The notes beneath the pieces were generated by a model that had not been told where the DNA came from, did not search any database, and was given only the letters and a program-made list of their open reading frames with translations. This document shows positions 49,930 to 62,523 of a stretch of DNA of 64,000 nucleotides, in pieces. The DNA comes from Hypanus sabinus (lineage: Eukaryota). The translations under genes and the position numbers were made by a program. Each line of letters opens with the position of its first letter. Position 1 is the stretch's first letter. The stretch is taken from the NCBI RefSeq assembly GCF_030144855.1, contig NW_026778903.1:372001-436000 (forward strand), given 5' to 3'.

Positions 49930-50920
49930 GCAGCCTCTCCACACTCAACTGACTCTCCTGTACGAGGCCTGGAGGTGCTCACTCACCACCAGCTGCTCTG
50001 CCAGTCTAAGAGTCACTTTCTTCCCGGTCCGTCACCGCCTGAGGCCCCTCCCCAGGCCCAGAACCACTTACTACGTGGTCCAGCCCCACTCCCTCCCCGC
50101 TCCTCGCCACTGAGCTGTCCCATCACGGCCCAGACGCGTTCCCTTACCAACGGGCTCTCTCTCCATTCCCAGTACCGCTCCATCCTGTTCCAGAGGCGCT
50201 TTCTCATCACCGGACTCTCCACAGTCAAACTGAGCTCCATCTGAACCGCTGAATCTGCGCGTCAGTCCCACTTCTACCTGCTCGCCGGTAACTATCGTTC
50301 TGTAGAAACCACCAGCCGCTGCCAATCAGAGATCAATAGCCAGAATGACGGGAGGTGCTTGTGGCGGCAGGGTCTGCATTGAATGATGTGGAGAGGTCTG
50401 TGAGGTTCGGGACCCTGCGAAGCCAAAATGCCCTGAGGAAACATGAAACTGGGCGCTGGGAATTTAAAGGGAAACAGGACCCGGTGAGATGGAAGGAACA
50501 CACCAAAAAGGAAGTTCCAGAACACCAGAACCTCCCAGAACTTCCTGTCGTCTGTCACAGAGGTGTTAGACAACAGCAAGCGGGGGGTTTGGCGATTTTA
50601 TCAGTTCCTTTGACTGGAAGAAAACTCCGGGAAACGACGTCTGACCAGCTGCGTTGTCGTCGGCTCTGCGGGCCTGGATGAGCCGAGACTCGCTGGAAAT
50701 GTATAATACTGTGCTTCTCGCTGGCAGCCCGGGGTCAGTCCCACACTGTGCGGCTGTCATGGGGGAGAGACGGTAGCTCAGCTCTTTGAGGACCGTGGGT
50801 TTGCGAAGAGGGTCTGGAGAAAGGTGAAAAGTCGTGTTTCATTGTGCACCCCGAGCAGATGCGCGATAGAGGACTCTCCCATCTCCGGGCTGTTCCCAGG
50901 GCCTCAGATGGAGACGGCCT
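49930..50920. mobile_element. Rearranged Tx1-like LINE pieces (endonuclease region minus strand, 3' region plus strand)
   Basis: 50340-50400 and 50800-50910 match 41990-42120; family call from motif similarity. Confidence 0.55.
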
Positions 50921-51344
50921 CAAATACCATCTATAGATTCGCTGATGATACAACCATTGTTGGTAGAATCTCAGGAGGTGATGAGAGGGCGTACAGGAGT
51001 GAGATATGCCAACTAGTGAAGTGGTGTCGCAGCAACAACCTGTTACTCAACATCAGTAAGACGAAAGAGCTGATTGTGGACTTCAGGAAGGGTAAGACGA
51101 AGAAACACAAACCAATCCTCATAGATGGATGAGAAGTGGAGAGAGTGAGCAGTTATAAGTTTCAGGGTGTCAAGATCTGAGTACCCAATCTGGTCCCAAT
51201 ACCGATGTAGTTATAAAGAAGGCAAGATAGCGACTATACTTCAGTAAGAGATTTGGTAGGTCAACAAATACACTCAAAAGCTTCAATAAATGTACGGTGG
51301 AGAGCATTCTGACAGGCTGCATCACTGTCTGGTATGGGGGGTTG

Positions 51345-54300
51345 TGTCATCGGGTGGGCGTTGGGAGTGGACCCAAAAGCAAGACACAGACACTGAACTA
51401 CCAGGAACAGGACTAGGCGTGAGAAGGAAGCAAGGAAAGTGGGGAAAATAGGACGCTGGACATGACACAGGCAGGCCCTGGACGAGACAAGGAATCCAGG
51501 CCTGAGCTAGGACTTGACGAGGATAGCGGAAACAGGACTTGGAACTGGGAACTAGGAGTCTGGGCTTGGACTCCGAGCCAGAGACTAGACAAGGACCCAG
51601 AACATGGCTCTTGACGCGGGCTCGGACCCCAGAACCCGGCGAGGACAAGACGTGGCTACAGGACGAGGAGAGGCACAGGACTGGATGAGAGACTCCTGGA
51701 CGGGACAAGGGAACCCCAACACAGGACGAGGGAATCCCAGCACCGGGCTGGGCAAGGTACTCCTGGGCTGGGTGAGGCACATGGACATGATGGGAGCACA
51801 GGGTCTTGGTCGAGAGAGGACAGGAACATGGAACACCAAGCCGGGACCCCTCCTTGGCTACAGGACGTAGGGCCAGGACTCATTACACAGAACACAGAGC
51901 CGGGACCCCTCCCTGGGTACAAGAGGACTCATTACACAGAACGCTGAACACGACGAGACAGTTCCCAACGCTAGGTAGTGGCAAGATGGCCGGACCTTCC
52001 TAGCGAAGGCGTGGACATGGAGAGGCAGTTGCAAACAGGGAGAGGCTCCAGGCACTTGCAAGGCGAGGCAAGTCTCAACTGCCAAGCAAGAATTTTATGT
52101 GATCTTTCACCTAATTCGTAATATTTCAGTTTAGTTCTCATAATTACTTTTTCTGTACGATATGTCTGGAGTGTATTATATTGTAGTTTTTTATTAACAA
52201 GTTGTCTTCGTTTTTCTTCTGTCATGTATCTTTGGGATTCTTTTTCTAACTTTATGATATCTTTTTCCAATTGATCTATTTCTGCCATGTATTCCTTCTT
52301 AATTTTAGATGTATAACTTATAATCTGACCCCTTAAGTATGCTTTCATCGCTTCCCATAATACAATTTTATCCTCAACTGAATGTAAATTTGTATCCAAA
52401 AAAAATTGAATCTGTTTTTTCATAAAATCACAAAAATCTTGACGTTTTAATAAAATTGAATTAAATCTCCATCTATAAATCGATTCCTCCTTATCCATCA
52501 TTATCATTGTCATTATCAAGGGGGAATGATCTGACAGTATTCTTGCTTTATATTCCACACTTTTCACTCTATCTTGAATATTTTTTGATAATAAAAAAAA
52601 TCAATCCTTGAGTAAGTTTTATCTCTATTTGAATAAAATGAATAACTTCTTTCTCGGATTAATTTTCCTCCATATATCAATCAGGTTTAAATCTTTCATT
52701 AATGATAAAGTTAGTTTTATTACTTTTGATTTTGTAGTAATTTTTGTTGACCTATCCAAAACTGGATCTAAACAAAAGTTAAAATCTCCACCTATTAGTA
52801 TTTTATCATGTGCATCAGCCAAGTTCAAAAAAACTTCATGTATGAATTTTGCATCGTTTTCATTTGGTGCATAAATGTTCATAAAAGTCCATAATTCGGA
52901 AAAAATTTGACACTGTATAATCAGATATCCCCCCCAGAATCTATTATTACATTTTGTATATTAATTGGTAAAGATTTATTAACCAAAATTGCAACACCCC
53001 TCGATTTTGAATTAAATGAAGCTGCAATGACATTTCCAACCCAATCCCTCTTTAATTTCTTATGTTCTGTTTCTGTTAAATGTGTTTCTTGTAAAAAAAA
53101 AGCTATATCTCCTTTCATTTTCATAATATATGTTAAAACTCTTTTTCTTTTCACAGGTCCACTAATTCCATTAATATTAAAACTTAAAAAATTAAGTAAA
53201 TTAAGCATTCATAATACCTTGGGAACACTTTAAGATTCTCCATGTTGCTATGAGTTTCTCCCCAACCATCCAGGCAAAAAAGAAGAAAAATAGAAGAAAG
53301 ATAACTAATATATAAGAAAAAAAAACAAAGTACCCCCAATAATGTTGTGAATAAAAAGAACAGATTACCCCCCAATTGGGTAAAAGTGAAATTTTACCCC
53401 TTACCAAAGGAAATTATAATCAATGTCGATTAGTAACTCAATTTCGATGGTCAATAAACGGGATAAAATACTTAGGTATTAGAGTTGATTATGATGTAAA
53501 AAATGTATATAATCAAAATTATTTGCCATTATTTAAAAAAATAAAAGAGGATCTTGATAAATGGATGATGTTACCAATAACATTAATAGGTAGAGTTAAT
53601 GCTGTAAAAATGAATATATTTCCTAGATTGCAATATTTATTTCAAACTTTACCAATACAATTACCTCAGAAGTTTTTTCAAGAACTGAATAAATATGTGA
53701 GGAAATTTCTTTGGAAAGGAAAGATGTCAAGAATGTCATTGGAAAAATTGACATGTAAACTTGATTTAGTAGGGTTACAACTTCCAAATTTTAAGAATTA
53801 TCATAAAGCAAATCAAGATTTATTGTGTCTTTTTTTGATGAAGAAAAACCGGCATGCATTGAAATAGAATTAGATAAGATAGGAGAAGATATACCAGAAG
53901 ATTTTATATATATGAATGGGAATCTAAATGATACGGGAAAAAAAGAATCTCCTATATTAAGACATTTGATTGATTTATGGAATAAGGTAAATATGGACGA
54001 TGAGATAAAGAAATCTTTATTAGCAGAAAGAACTTTAATTCAAATTAGGCTTATTCCTTTTACAATGGATAATAAACTTTTACATAATTGGTTCCAAAAG
54101 GGGATTAAATATATAGGTGATTGTTTTGAAGGAGGTATATTGATGTCGTTTGATCAATTAAAAAATAAATATAAAATATCAAACAACACTCTTTTCTGTT
54201 ATTTTCAATTAAAGGCTTATTTACGAGAAAAGCTGGGTCAAACAATGTTGATGCCATAATCTAGTGAAATAGAAATATTAATTCGAAAAGGAAAAATTAA

Positions 54301-55439
54301 AAAAGTTACATCTTGTATGTATAATTTGATTCAAAAACAGACAATTAAATCAGGAATTCATAAATCGACAAAAATGGGAATTTGATTTGAATGTTAAAAT
54401 TGATGGAAAAAAGTGGTCAACATTATGTTCTGATAGTATGAGAAATATAATAAATGTTCGACTTAGATTAATACAATATAATTTTTACAGTAATTATATA
54501 TAACACCACAGAAAATAAATAGATTAAATTCAAATATGTCTGACCAATGTTTTCGATGTAATCAAGAAATTGGTACTTTTTTACATTCTACTTGGTCTTG
54601 TTTTAAAATTCAACCATTTTGGATAAATCTAAGACTTTTATTGGAACAAATTACTGGAGTACAACTCCCACACAGTCCAGTATTATTTTTCTTAGGAGAC
54701 ATTGAAGGGACAATACCGAAACTTAAATTGAATACGTTTCAGAAAAAAATTATAAAAATTGCATTGTCAGTAGCCAAAAAAGTTAACGCAGTTACTTGGA
54801 AATCTGATTTATATTTAACTATGGATCGTTGGAATAATGAAATACATAGTTGTATTCCACTTGAAAAAATTACATACAATCTAAGAAATGAATATGATAT
54901 ATATTTGAAAATTTGGCTCCCATATCTACAAAAGACAGGATTAAATACATAACTCCTTTGAAGGTAAAATTATAAAGTAATTGGGGAAGTAAAAATAAAT
55001 ATTAAAATTATTTTGAACCATGGAGCATGTGGGAATCCTCCGATATCCAGGCAATCTCTCTTTTTCTTTCTTTCTTTAGATAAGGGTTAAGGGGGGAGGG
55101 TTAATATTATTTTTCTCACTGTTTATCATCACATTTATTCTTTGTAACTTTCTAAAATTTAATAAATAAATATTTTTTTTTAAAGGCGAGGCAAGGCTCC
55201 AGGCAGAGGCAAGGCCAGGCGAGGCTCCAGGCAGGAAGATTAAGAGAAGGGATCCAGACAAGGGGCTTGGACAGGAACAATCCAGCAGGCAGAGGCTGAA
55301 TCCTGAAGCTGTTTATGAGGTCAGCCCTAACAAGAATCAGCTGCCTCAACAGAATCCTGGGAAACCGGGAAATCCTGGAATTAGGCATCTGGAGTGGACC
55401 GCGAACCGGAATGCGGATTTCACAGACCGGACCATGACA
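51345..55439. mobile_element. ~1-kb LTR-like element (TGTCAT...ATGACA), itself interrupted by an L1
   Basis: Inverted 6-bp termini; element sequence lies on both sides of the L1 (51345-52072 and 55183-55439). Confidence 0.6.
52073..55182. mobile_element. 5'-inverted L1 insertion with 13-bp TSD AAGGCGAGGCAAG
   Basis: 52073-~53373 is antisense (ORF2 endonuclease: SFNINGI, FLQETHL, LIGGDFN, LSDHSPL). ~53374-55182 is sense (post-RT region to the C-terminal CFRC..HSTWSC and AATAAA). TSD at 52060-52072 and 55183-55195. Confidence 0.9.
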
Positions 55440-56769
55440 GGGGGCTGAGCTACTGCACAGGACCGAAAGAATCTGCAGAGTGTTGTAAATTTAGTCGGCT
55501 CCATCTTGGGTACTATCCTACAAAGTACCCAGGACATCTTCAAGGAGCAGTGTCAGTGACCATTATCAAGGACCTTTAGCACCCAGTGCATGCTCTTCTC
55601 TCACTGTTACCATCAGGTAAGGAAGCGAGAAGGCACAAACTCAGCGATTCAGGAACAGCTTCTTTCCCTCCATCCGATTCCTAAATTGGACCCGTGAACA
55701 CTACCTCACTTTTTAAATATATATTATTTCAGTTTTTGCAGAATATTTAATATACGTGTATTGTAACTGATTTTCTTATTTATTTAATAATGTTTTAATT
55801 ATTCTTTCTTCCTCTTCTGCGTTACATAGTGCATTGAACTGATGCTGCTAAGTTAACAAATTTCACGACACATCCTGATGAAAATAAACCTGATTCTGAA
55901 TTATAAGGTGAACTGTGCGGCGCTGGTGAAAGTTGTAGAGCAGCGCCATCTAGCGGTAGAGGAATGTAACTCACTAACAGTGGTCACACAGATAAACAGG
56001 GCGGTGAAGAAGGTCTTTGGCCCACCGGCCATGATGTGTCAGGGAACTGAGTACAGGAGTTGGCCCGTCACGTTACAGTGTCCAAGACATTGCTGAGACC
56101 GTACTGGGAGAATTCCGTGAGTTCTGGTGACCAGCAATAGGAAGAATGTAATTAATCTGGAGATGATGCTGGTCAGTTTAGGATGTTACCGGGACTGGAG
56201 ATTTTGAAGAATACGCACACAAGGCTGCAAGAACTCAGCAGGTCAGGCAGCATCCGTGAGAAAAGAGTAGCCAACTTTTCGGGCCGTTCCTGATGAAGGG
56301 TCTCGGCCTGACCTGCTGAGTTCTTCCAGCCTTGTGTACGTATTGTTTGATCCACAGCATCTGCAGTTGTATTTTCGTGTCTGGAGATTTTGAGTTAGGT
56401 ATAAGGTTTGGATGAGACCTCGAACCTTTATTGTAGCTGATCTCTCAAGCTTCATTGTGAATCATCAGTAAACCAGTCACGATTAGAGATGGCGTTGAGA
56501 GACACAGAGTAAACAACATATTCCTTATCCCCCGTCCGCTCTTACCCTCCCTCATTCGATCCACCACTTCCAGTCCCATCTCCCAGTCCCCGTTCGCCAT
56601 CCCTTCCCCCTGCTGCTTTCCAGTCTCCTCTCCCTTCCTCAAATCCATCTCTGTCCCGCAAACATCCCCATCCCATTGCCCGAGTGAGGGACTGGGGAGA
56701 CGAACAAATTCGATTCTGCGACCGAGCTAACCCCTCCCTCCGCAATCATTGGTAACACGTGATGTATCT

Positions 56770-57040
56770 AGATGGGCGGGGATTAGGTGGGAAACCAATA
56801 GGAGACCCGGGTAGCAGGGGCGAGGATTGCCAAGGCGCGAAAATAACTCCGAGCGCGGGAAAAGTTCATCTGCTGTCAGGAAGAGAAGACTCGGGACCGC
56901 AGCCCCTCGCTGAATGGAGACAACAGATAGAATCTGTATCCAGGGATTCCGGAGAGGCTGCGGGAAATCAGCAGGTACTGCGATGTCTGTGGACGCACAT
57001 TGGACTGTCTTATGTTCCAAGTCGGACACTTCCAGTGAGT
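56770..57040 (+). promoter_or_regulatory. Second copy of the GC/CCAAT/E2F promoter module and putative first exon
   Basis: GGGCGGGG 56774, CCAAT 56795, GGCGCGAAAA 56834, GCGCGGGAAAA 56853, ATG 56914, donor CCA|GTGAGT 57035. Confidence 0.62.
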
Positions 57041-57649
57041 CAGTATGAAGGATTGCGAGACTGAACGACATGTGTGGGTGTGGGAGAGATGTCCGTGTGT
57101 GAGTGAGAAAGGTAGAATGGACCCCGGTGGCCGGCAGGGGGTGGGGGTGAAGGGGGTTGTGAGAGAGACAGAGAGATGGTATGGGGCGCAGGGTTTTGCT
57201 TGTTGCCTGCGGATCAGAATCAGGTTTCTGTATAAAGGTGACATTCGTTGTTTTGCAGATCAGTGCAATGCAAAGGCTTCAAATCTCTAAATAACAATGC
57301 AGAACGAGGTGTTGTTGACAGTTCGCGCGTCTATTCGTGCCTCTCCCTTCTCTGCGCCCCTACGGGATCTACTTCACCCCCTTCTTTGGGGAAGAAATAT
57401 TTGTCCGATAACACAGGAGGCAAAACTACTCAATCCTGTAACAGCGGTCTCACCAACGTCGTATGTAAACTGCATTATAACCTCCCAACTCCTATACTCA
57501 GCGCCCTGGCTAATGCGGAGCAGCGTCCTTCCCCACCCTGTCTACGTGTGACGCCGCCTTCAGTGAAGTATACTCGTACTTGGAGGTCCCTCTGTTCCAT
57601 TGCACTCCCCAGGGGCCGTACCATTCACTATACAAGTTCTACCCTTGTC

Positions 57650-59780
57650 TGGTCTCCTAAAATGTAATCTTGCGTTTATCTGGTTTAACAGCCATTTGTC
57701 AATGCTCGGCCTACAAAATCCAGTTCCCTTACTACAGTTCCTGTTTCGATATCGTCTGCAAACTTCCCGAGCCTTGTCGATGGGCCGGATGGCCTACTCC
57801 GGCTCCTGTTTCTTGTATTCTAGGTTCTCCGATTTCCCATCCAAATCCAGCGAGTACAGACCCAGAGCCGTCAGCAGTGAAGCCTCATAAATCCTCAGCA
57901 TCACATCCCAGCTCTTGCATTCTAGACCTCTTGAAATGAATGTTAGCATTGCATTTGCCATCCTCACCACTGACTCTACCTGCAAGTTAACTTCCAGAGT
58001 GTTCTGCACAAGGAGGCGTCCTTGCATCTTAGCATCTCTGGTATTTGAGACCCTTAGCATAAAGAACTGTCCAATCACTGATCCCTGTGAAACACCACTA
58101 GTCCCTGGCATCCAACCAGAAAAGGATCCTTTTATTCCCAGTCTCTGCCTCCTACCAATCGGCCAATGCTCTAACTATGCCAGAAACTTTCCTGAAATGC
58201 CACGCGCTCCTAACTTGCAGCCTCATGTGAGGCAGCTTGTCAAAACCCTTCTGAAAGTCCAAATATGCAGCATCCACTCTATCCCCTTCATCTAGCCTAT
58301 GTGTAATCTCCTCAAAGAATACAAGCAGGTTTGTTAGGCAAGATTTTCCCTCAAGGAAATCATGCTGCCTTTGTCCGATCTTGCCCCGTGTCACCAAGTA
58401 ATCCATAACCTCGCCCTCAAAAATTGATTCCAACATCTTCCCAACCACTCAGGTCGGAGTAACTGGTCTATAATTTCCTTTCTGCAGCTTCCTCCTTTCT
58501 TGAAGAGTGGAGTAACATTTGCTATATTCCTGTCCCCTGGCACCATGCTAGAGGCTAATGATTCTTAAAAGATCATTACTAATGCCTCCACAATCTCTAC
58601 TGTTACCTCTTTCAGAACCCCAGGGGGCAGTTCATCTGGTACAGATGACTTGTGTTCCTTTCGGTGTTTCAGCTTTTCGAGCACCTTTTAATTGCCCTCA
58701 ATTCCCTTCCCTCACACCCTTCAATATTTGCACACCGCTAGTGTCTTTCAGTGAAGACCAATACAAAATACTCATTTAGTTTATCTGTCATCTCATTGGC
58801 CCCTGGTATTATTTCTCCAGCCTCATATTCTAGTGGTCCTGTATTCACTCTCCTCTCCCATTTTTACCCAATTGAAGCAGCTTTTACTATCCACCTTGAT
58901 GTAGTTTGCTAGCTTGTTTTCATTTTTCATCTTTTCCCTCCTAGCAATTATTTTAGTTGCTATCTGTACGGTTTTGAAAGCTTTCTAATCTTTTATCTTC
59001 CCACTAATTTTTGCTTTGTTGTCTGCCCTAGCTTTCTTTTGCTTTTACATTAACTTTGACTTCGCTTGTCAGCCACAGTAGTACAATTTTTGACATTTGA
59101 GTATATCTTAGTATTTGGAATACATCTGTCCCACACCTTCCTGATTTTCCCTAGAAACTCGCACCATTGCTGCTCTACTGTCATCCCCGCCAGCATATTC
59201 CAGTTTACTCTGGCCAACTCCTCTCTCATGCCCCTGTGATTTCCCTTAATCCACAGTAATACTGCTATGTCAGACCTTACTTTCTCCCTGTCAACTTTCA
59301 AGTTTAACTCAATGATATTGCACTCCTCAGGGCTCTTATATCTTAAGCTCCCTTATCACCCCCGGTTGGTTACATAACACTCAATCCAGGATAGCTGATC
59401 CCCTAGTAGGCTCAATGACAAACTGGTTTAAAAAGCCGTCTCATAGGCATTCAACAAACACACTCTCCTGGGATCCATTTCCAACCTGATTTTCCTAATT
59501 GATCTGCATGTTGAAATCTCGCATGACTGACATAACATTGCCACTTTGAGATGCCTTTTCTATTTCTCGTTGTAATCCACAACCTCGCTGCTTTTGGGAG
59601 GCCTGGCACCAGGGTTCTTTTACCGTTCCAGTTTCTTATATCAACCTACAAAAATTCAACTACTTCCAATCCTATCTCTCATCTTTCTATGAATTTGATG
59701 CCTAATTTCCTATCCCTCCGATGCAACATGTGACCTTGGACATTCAGCTCCCAACTACAACAATCCTTCAGCCATGATTC
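57650..59780 (-). mobile_element. Degenerate CR1 ORF2
   Basis: GKSCLTNLLVFFE..VDAAYLDFQKGFDKLPH; TSGVSQGSV; EYKSWDVMLRIY. Confidence 0.85.
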
Positions 59781-60279
59781 AGTGATGGCCACAACGTCAT
59801 AGCCGATAATCTGTCATACTGCAACAAGATGATTCACCTTATTTCTTATACCACACGCATTTAGATTAAACACCTTGAGACCGTATTTACCGACTCTGTA
59901 TCCCCAATTATTTGATACTCAACTTGTTGGCTGCAACTAAGGCCCATCACCTGCCTGCCCTTCCTGACAATCTGACAGCACGTTAACTTTCTTTTTCTGT
60001 TCTATCCTGCGTCCCTTTACACTGGTTTCCAATCTGCTGCCAAAATTAGTTTCATCCTCAGCAACAGCTCCAACACACCTGACGGCGAGAACATTGGTTC
60101 CCCTCGGATTCAGGTGCAGCCCGTCACTTTTGAACAGGTCATGCCTCCCCTAGAAGAGATCCCAAATATCCAAGAACCCGAAGCCCTGCCCCCTGCACCA
60201 GCTTCTCAGCCACGCTGCTTTCGGATTTCTGTTGGGATTGTTCCCCAAGCAGCTCCCTAGTCCATCTGTCCCTCCCCAG

Positions 60280-60910
60280 TGATATCCCTGCAAGCAGAAC
60301 CAGTACAACACCTGTCCCTACACCTCCTCCTTCACTACCATTCAGGGCCCCGATCAGTCAGTGAGCAAGAGTGCCTTCGGCTCCGTCTGCGAGGAGAGCA
60401 GTCGGTCTTCAGGGTGGGGTTTCAGTCACCACGGGAACCACTTCGCGAAGCACCTATGCTCTGTCCCCCAGCAGAAACGTGATCTCCCAGTGGCCATCCC
60501 ATTCCGATATGTTAATCCGTGGCCTCCTCTACTGTCTTGATGAGGCCACACTCAGTTTGGAGGAACACCACCAATCATCCCCTTTTCCCTCACTCACCTC
60601 ATCTCCTTACCTACCATGGCCTGCCTCTGGTGCTTCACCCCCTTTTTCTTTCTTCCAGGGCCTTCTGTTCTCTCCAGTTGGACTCCCCCTTCGAGCCCTG
60701 TGTCTCTTTTCCCAATCAACTTCCCAGCTCTTTACGTTATCCCCCCTCATCCTGGTTTCAGCTTCCCTCTCCTCCTCCTCCACATATTCAATCTACTCAT
60801 CATTTTTTCCTCCAGTTCTGCCAAAGGTTCAGCCCAAAATGCCGACTTTTTTCCATAGATGCTGCCTGTCCTGTCGAGTTCCTGCAGCATTTTGTCTATG
60901 TTGCTCTGAA
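60280..60910 (+). mobile_element. Penelope 3' fragment
   Basis: SHSDMLIRGLLYCLDEATLSLEEHH and the Penelope tail. Confidence 0.75.
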
Positions 60911-61139
60911 GAACCATTTTGTCTTTAAAATTAATATGAAATTATACACTTGGTGTTGTTATGTTTATTTTGTCTAAATGCAAACAAGGCCACAGCAGCC
61001 ACTTTATTCTGATCAACATGCAAACATCGATTTTGCAGGCTTTAATGCATTGAGTTGCTGCAAATGATTGTCTGGTTAGATATTTGCATTCATCAGGTGT
61101 AGGTAAACGTGGCCACTGAGTGCAAATTCATCACTCACT

Positions 61140-62120
61140 GAAGTACAAATTGAAGTAAATATAACAAAAATTTAAATTATAAATCATAATTAGAAAATAG
61201 AAAAGGGAAAGTAAGGTAGTGCAAGTCGGGTCCGGATATTTGGAAGGTACAGCCCAGATCCGGGTCAGGATCCGTTCAGCAGTCTTATCACAGTTGGAAA
61301 GAAGCTGTTCCCAAATCTGGCCGTATGAATCTTCAAGCTCCTGAATCTTCTCCCGGAGGGAAGAGGGACAAAGTGTATTGGGATAAAGTGGGTCGTGTCC
61401 TTGATTATCCTGGGAGCTCTGCTCCGACAGCGTGCGGTGTAAAGTGAGTCCAAGGATGGAAGATTGGTTTGTGTGATGTGCTGGGCTATATTCACGATCT
61501 TCTGCAGCTTCTTCCAGTCTTGGACAGGACAACGTCCATACCAGGTTGTGATGCACCCTAGAAGAATGCTTTCTACGGGGCATCTATAAAAATTAGTGAG
61601 GGTTTTAGGGGACAGGCCAAATTTCTTCAGCTTTCTCAAGAAGTAAAGGGAATGGTGGGCCTTCTTGGCAGTGGACTCTGCTGGGTTAGACCAAGTCAGG
61701 TCATTTGTGATATTCACCCCGAGGAACTTAAAGCTTTTGACCTGTTCCACCTGCGCCCCAGCGATGTAGATGCGGTCGTGCAGTCCGCTACTCCTGAAGT
61801 CAACAACCAATTCCTGACATTGAGGGATAGGTTATTGTCTTCGCACCATGCCACCAGGTTCTTAAATTCCTCTCTGTACTCAGACTCATCATTACCCAAG
61901 ATATGGCCTACAATTGTTGTGTCATCAGCAAACTTATATATTGAGTCCGATGGAAACTTGGCTACACAATCGTGGGTGTACAATGAGTACAGCAGGGGGC
62001 TGAGTAAACAGCCTTGTGGGGCACCGGTGCTCAGAGTGATTGTAGAGGAGAGCTTGTCCCCTATCTTTACAGCCTGGGTCCTGTCTGTGAGGAAGTTGAA
62101 GATCCAGCTGCAGATCTGAG
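61140..62120 (-). mobile_element. Rex/Babar-like LINE 3' ~1 kb, relatively young
   Basis: [31 protein letters not shown]; long open frames 61265-61810. Confidence 0.88.
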
Positions 62121-62523
62121 TGCTGAGATCCAGGTTCTGGAGCTTAGGAATCAGTTAGATAGATTAGATATTTGCATTGATCGGGTGTAGGTAGAAGTGG
62201 CCACTAAGTGCAAATTTATCACTCAACTCCTCTTGCCATTTAAGGAGCAGCTCGTATCTGCTGCCTATTGTTGGTAACTGGTTTACGATTGTCACAAATA
62301 CCAAGACACAGATCACGCGTTCATCTTCTTGGGTCCCAGACGTTTGGTGATGGCGGGGCAGACGTTGTCCTTGAGTCTGGTTGGACCAGTTTGAACTGTT
62401 TGTATCTTCTGCTGACGGGCAGTGGAAGAGAGAATGTATAAGTGCCAAGGGTCCTGAATTCTGGGGATAGTGGGATCTCACTGTGCGTAGACAGCCCACA
62501 ATGTTCTGTGTGGTCCAACCTTC

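Larger units (their letters stand above)
50920..55700 (+). mobile_element. Rex/Babar-like LINE split at 51344/55440 by nested insertions
   Basis: [24 protein letters not shown].. continues to ..CITVWYG; resumes at 55440 with gctactgcacaggaccgaaag. Confidence 0.85.

Noticed and set aside
61076-62225. 62-bp direct repeats flanking the LINE (61076-61137 and 62164-62225) as a giant TSD
   Set aside because: ~10% diverged whereas the LINE looks young; both contain the gtggccactgagtg motif seen in other short transposon remnants (e.g. ~14750), so they are more likely separate repeat pieces.
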